A DNA stretch of 64,000 nucleotides, from contig CM068754.1 of NCBI GenBank assembly GCA_035084275.1, forward strand, positions 4,030,001-4,094,000, written 5' to 3'. Of this stretch, positions 61,901 to 64,000 are shown piece after piece; positions within the stretch are counted from its first letter, which is position 1, and each line of letters opens with the position of its first letter. This stretch comes from Hydrolagus colliei (taxonomy: Eukaryota). The translations under genes and the position numbers were made by a program. The notes beneath the pieces are model-generated. The model was given only the letters and a program-made list of their open reading frames with translations. It was not told the DNA's origin and did not search any database.

Positions 61901-62421
61901 CTACAGAGAGACTACAAAAACATTTTCAAATGAAGGTGTCTTGAACCCCGAAAGAAGCTCAAAGCACAGAATCTTGTCCTGACATTTCTTTCGTTGAATG
62001 TGAATGAGGAACCCCTTCACTGTTGTTAAATTCCTGGAGGGAAATCAAGTTGTATCACAACTGATCCATCGCCTGGGGTGACGACGTGGATGATTTAAGG
62101 CAATCTGTCCACCTTTTGAACTTTTCTGTTTTGAAAGACCGCGTTGCACCTTAATGACAGGTAATTGAGACATCAGCTCTTGGCATTAGGGATCAATGCT
62201 TCAAATCCATCACTTTTTCAATGAAACATACAGCACAATATGAAGAACTTTTCATTTTCCAGGAGCAATAGAGGAATGCCCAGCTGGCTTTAAGAATAGG
62301 CAAACACGGGAAGGCACACACAATCACATCGATGGTGTTCCAGTGTCATATCACTAAGTTAAAAACAAATCACCCAAAGGGAATTGTATCCTCTGTGATT
62401 TGCCTGTATCAACTTGGACTT

Positions 62422-64000
62422 ACAACAAGAACAACAAATTACATTTATAGAGCGCCTTTCACGTCGGGAGGACGTCCTAAGGCGCTGCACAGGAGGCGTG
62501 TGACCCGAGCTGAGAGGGGAGTGTTTGGGAAGGGGTGAGACACGAAGGGGAGGTTGAAAAATTCGGGGTGGAACAAAAGGCACGGTCGAAGAGGAAAGTC
62601 TTCAAACCGGCCTTGAAAGAGGAAAGGGAAGAAACGAGATGGAGGGATTGAGGGATGGCATTCCATAAAATGGGAGCGGAGAAACTGAAGGCCCGGCCTC
62701 CGATGGTGGGGCGGTTCGGGCGGGGGGCTTGGAGCAGGCCAAGTCCTGTTGAACGGAGGTCCGGGTGGGCGTGTAGGGGGAAAGTAGATTGGTTAAATAG
62801 GGCGGGGCAAGGCCGTGTAAGGCCTTGAAGGTGAGGACGAGGATCTTGAATTCGATCCTCTGGAGGATGGGGAGCCAATGGAGACGGGCGAGGGTGGGGG
62901 TTATATGGTCGCGGAGGCGGGTGCGGGATAATACATGGGCTGCAGAGTTTTGGATGACCTGCAGCCTGTGAATGGAGGAACAGGGGAGGCCGACGAGGAG
63001 AGAGTTTCCGTAGTCCAGCCTCGAGGTGATGTACGTGTGCACGAGTGTTTCGGCAGTGCGGGGGGGTAAGATAGTTGCGGAGCCTGGCAATGTTGCGCAG
63101 GTGGAAATAAACGGTGCCGGTCAAGGCACGGATGTGGGGGAGGAAGGAGAGTTTTTGATCGAACATGATGCCGAGGTTCCTGACTGGCTTTGTGAGGTGG
63201 AGAGTACAGCCTTGGATGTTGAGGCTGGCAGCGCCCGATGTGCGGAGGCGCTGGCTTGAGCCAATCAGAAGGGCCTCGGTCTTACTCACGTTCAATTGCA
63301 GGAAGTTGTCCCTCGTCCAGGACTCGATGTCGGACAGACATGCTGTCAGAACATCGATGGTCTGGGGGTTGAGGGATGAGGCAGAAAGGTACAGCTGGGT
63401 GTCGTCCGCATACATGTGGAAATTTACCCCATGTTTGCGGATGACATCGCCCAGAGGGAGTGTGTAAAGGGTGAAAAGGAGGGGGCCTCAAACAGAGCCC
63501 TGAGGGACGCCGTGAGAAACTGTGCGGGGGTTTGAAGAAAAACCGTTGGAAGAAACAAAGTGTAAACGGAGGGTCAGGTAGGAATGGAACCATTCAAGGA
63601 CTGTGCCTTGAAGGTTGAGGTGGGAGGAAAGACGTTGAAGGAGGATGGTGTGATCGACTGTGTCGAACGCAGCAGACAGGTCAAGGAGGACGAGGAGGCA
63701 GAGGGAGCCCTGGTCACAGGTGGTTAGGATGTCATTTGTAACCTTAACCAGGGCAGTTTCTGTGCTGTGAATTGGGCGGAAACCTGATTGGAGGGGTTCA
63801 AGGAGTGGGTGAGTTGAAAGGAAAGAGCGGAGCTGGGAGGCAACCACTCTTTCAAGGACCTTGGATAAAAACGGGAGGTTGGAGATGGGTCGATAGCTTG
63901 ATGGTTGCGACGCATCAAGGGAGGGTTTCTTCAGGATAGGGGTGATGGTGGCTGTTTTAAGGGAGGTAGGGACGGTGCCTGAGGAGAGGGAAAGGTTGAT
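62422..64000 (-). mobile_element. Young L2 LINE, RT region through tail; runs off the window
   Basis: Same family as 45661-48157 ([17 protein letters not shown]). Nonsense codon at 63488-63490, a frameshift in the run near 63060, and an intact 3' stem-loop with (TTG)n tail. Confidence 0.96.

Overview
Vertebrate genomic DNA, most likely a cartilaginous fish (shark or chimaera), judged from the repeat content: Deu-domain tRNA-SINEs, L2, CR1 and Penelope-like palindromes. No prokaryotic-type systems are present. Most or all of the window lies within the 5' half of a minus-strand ENOX2-like gene (ecto-NOX family, RRM protein). Five confident coding exons lie at 1984-11976, and the gene continues beyond the left edge. 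A further stop-free, Met-free 144-nt exon at 37435-37578 splices in frame and would add an N-terminal extension with a KKRKR basic motif. Two candidate ATG-bearing phase-1 donors at about 58.3 and 58.9 kb could supply its start. The introns hold young and old L2 and CR1 LINEs, many SINEs, Tigger-like MITEs, three hAT MITEs carrying an expandable C-rich minisatellite, a 5-bp-TSD DNA element and two palindromic Penelope-like inserts, one with a hammerhead ribozyme core. Near-identical inverted LINE pairs are nested around the 144-nt exon. Repeat boundaries are approximate unless a TSD is quoted. Family assignments and human ENOX comparisons are from memory, not from searches.
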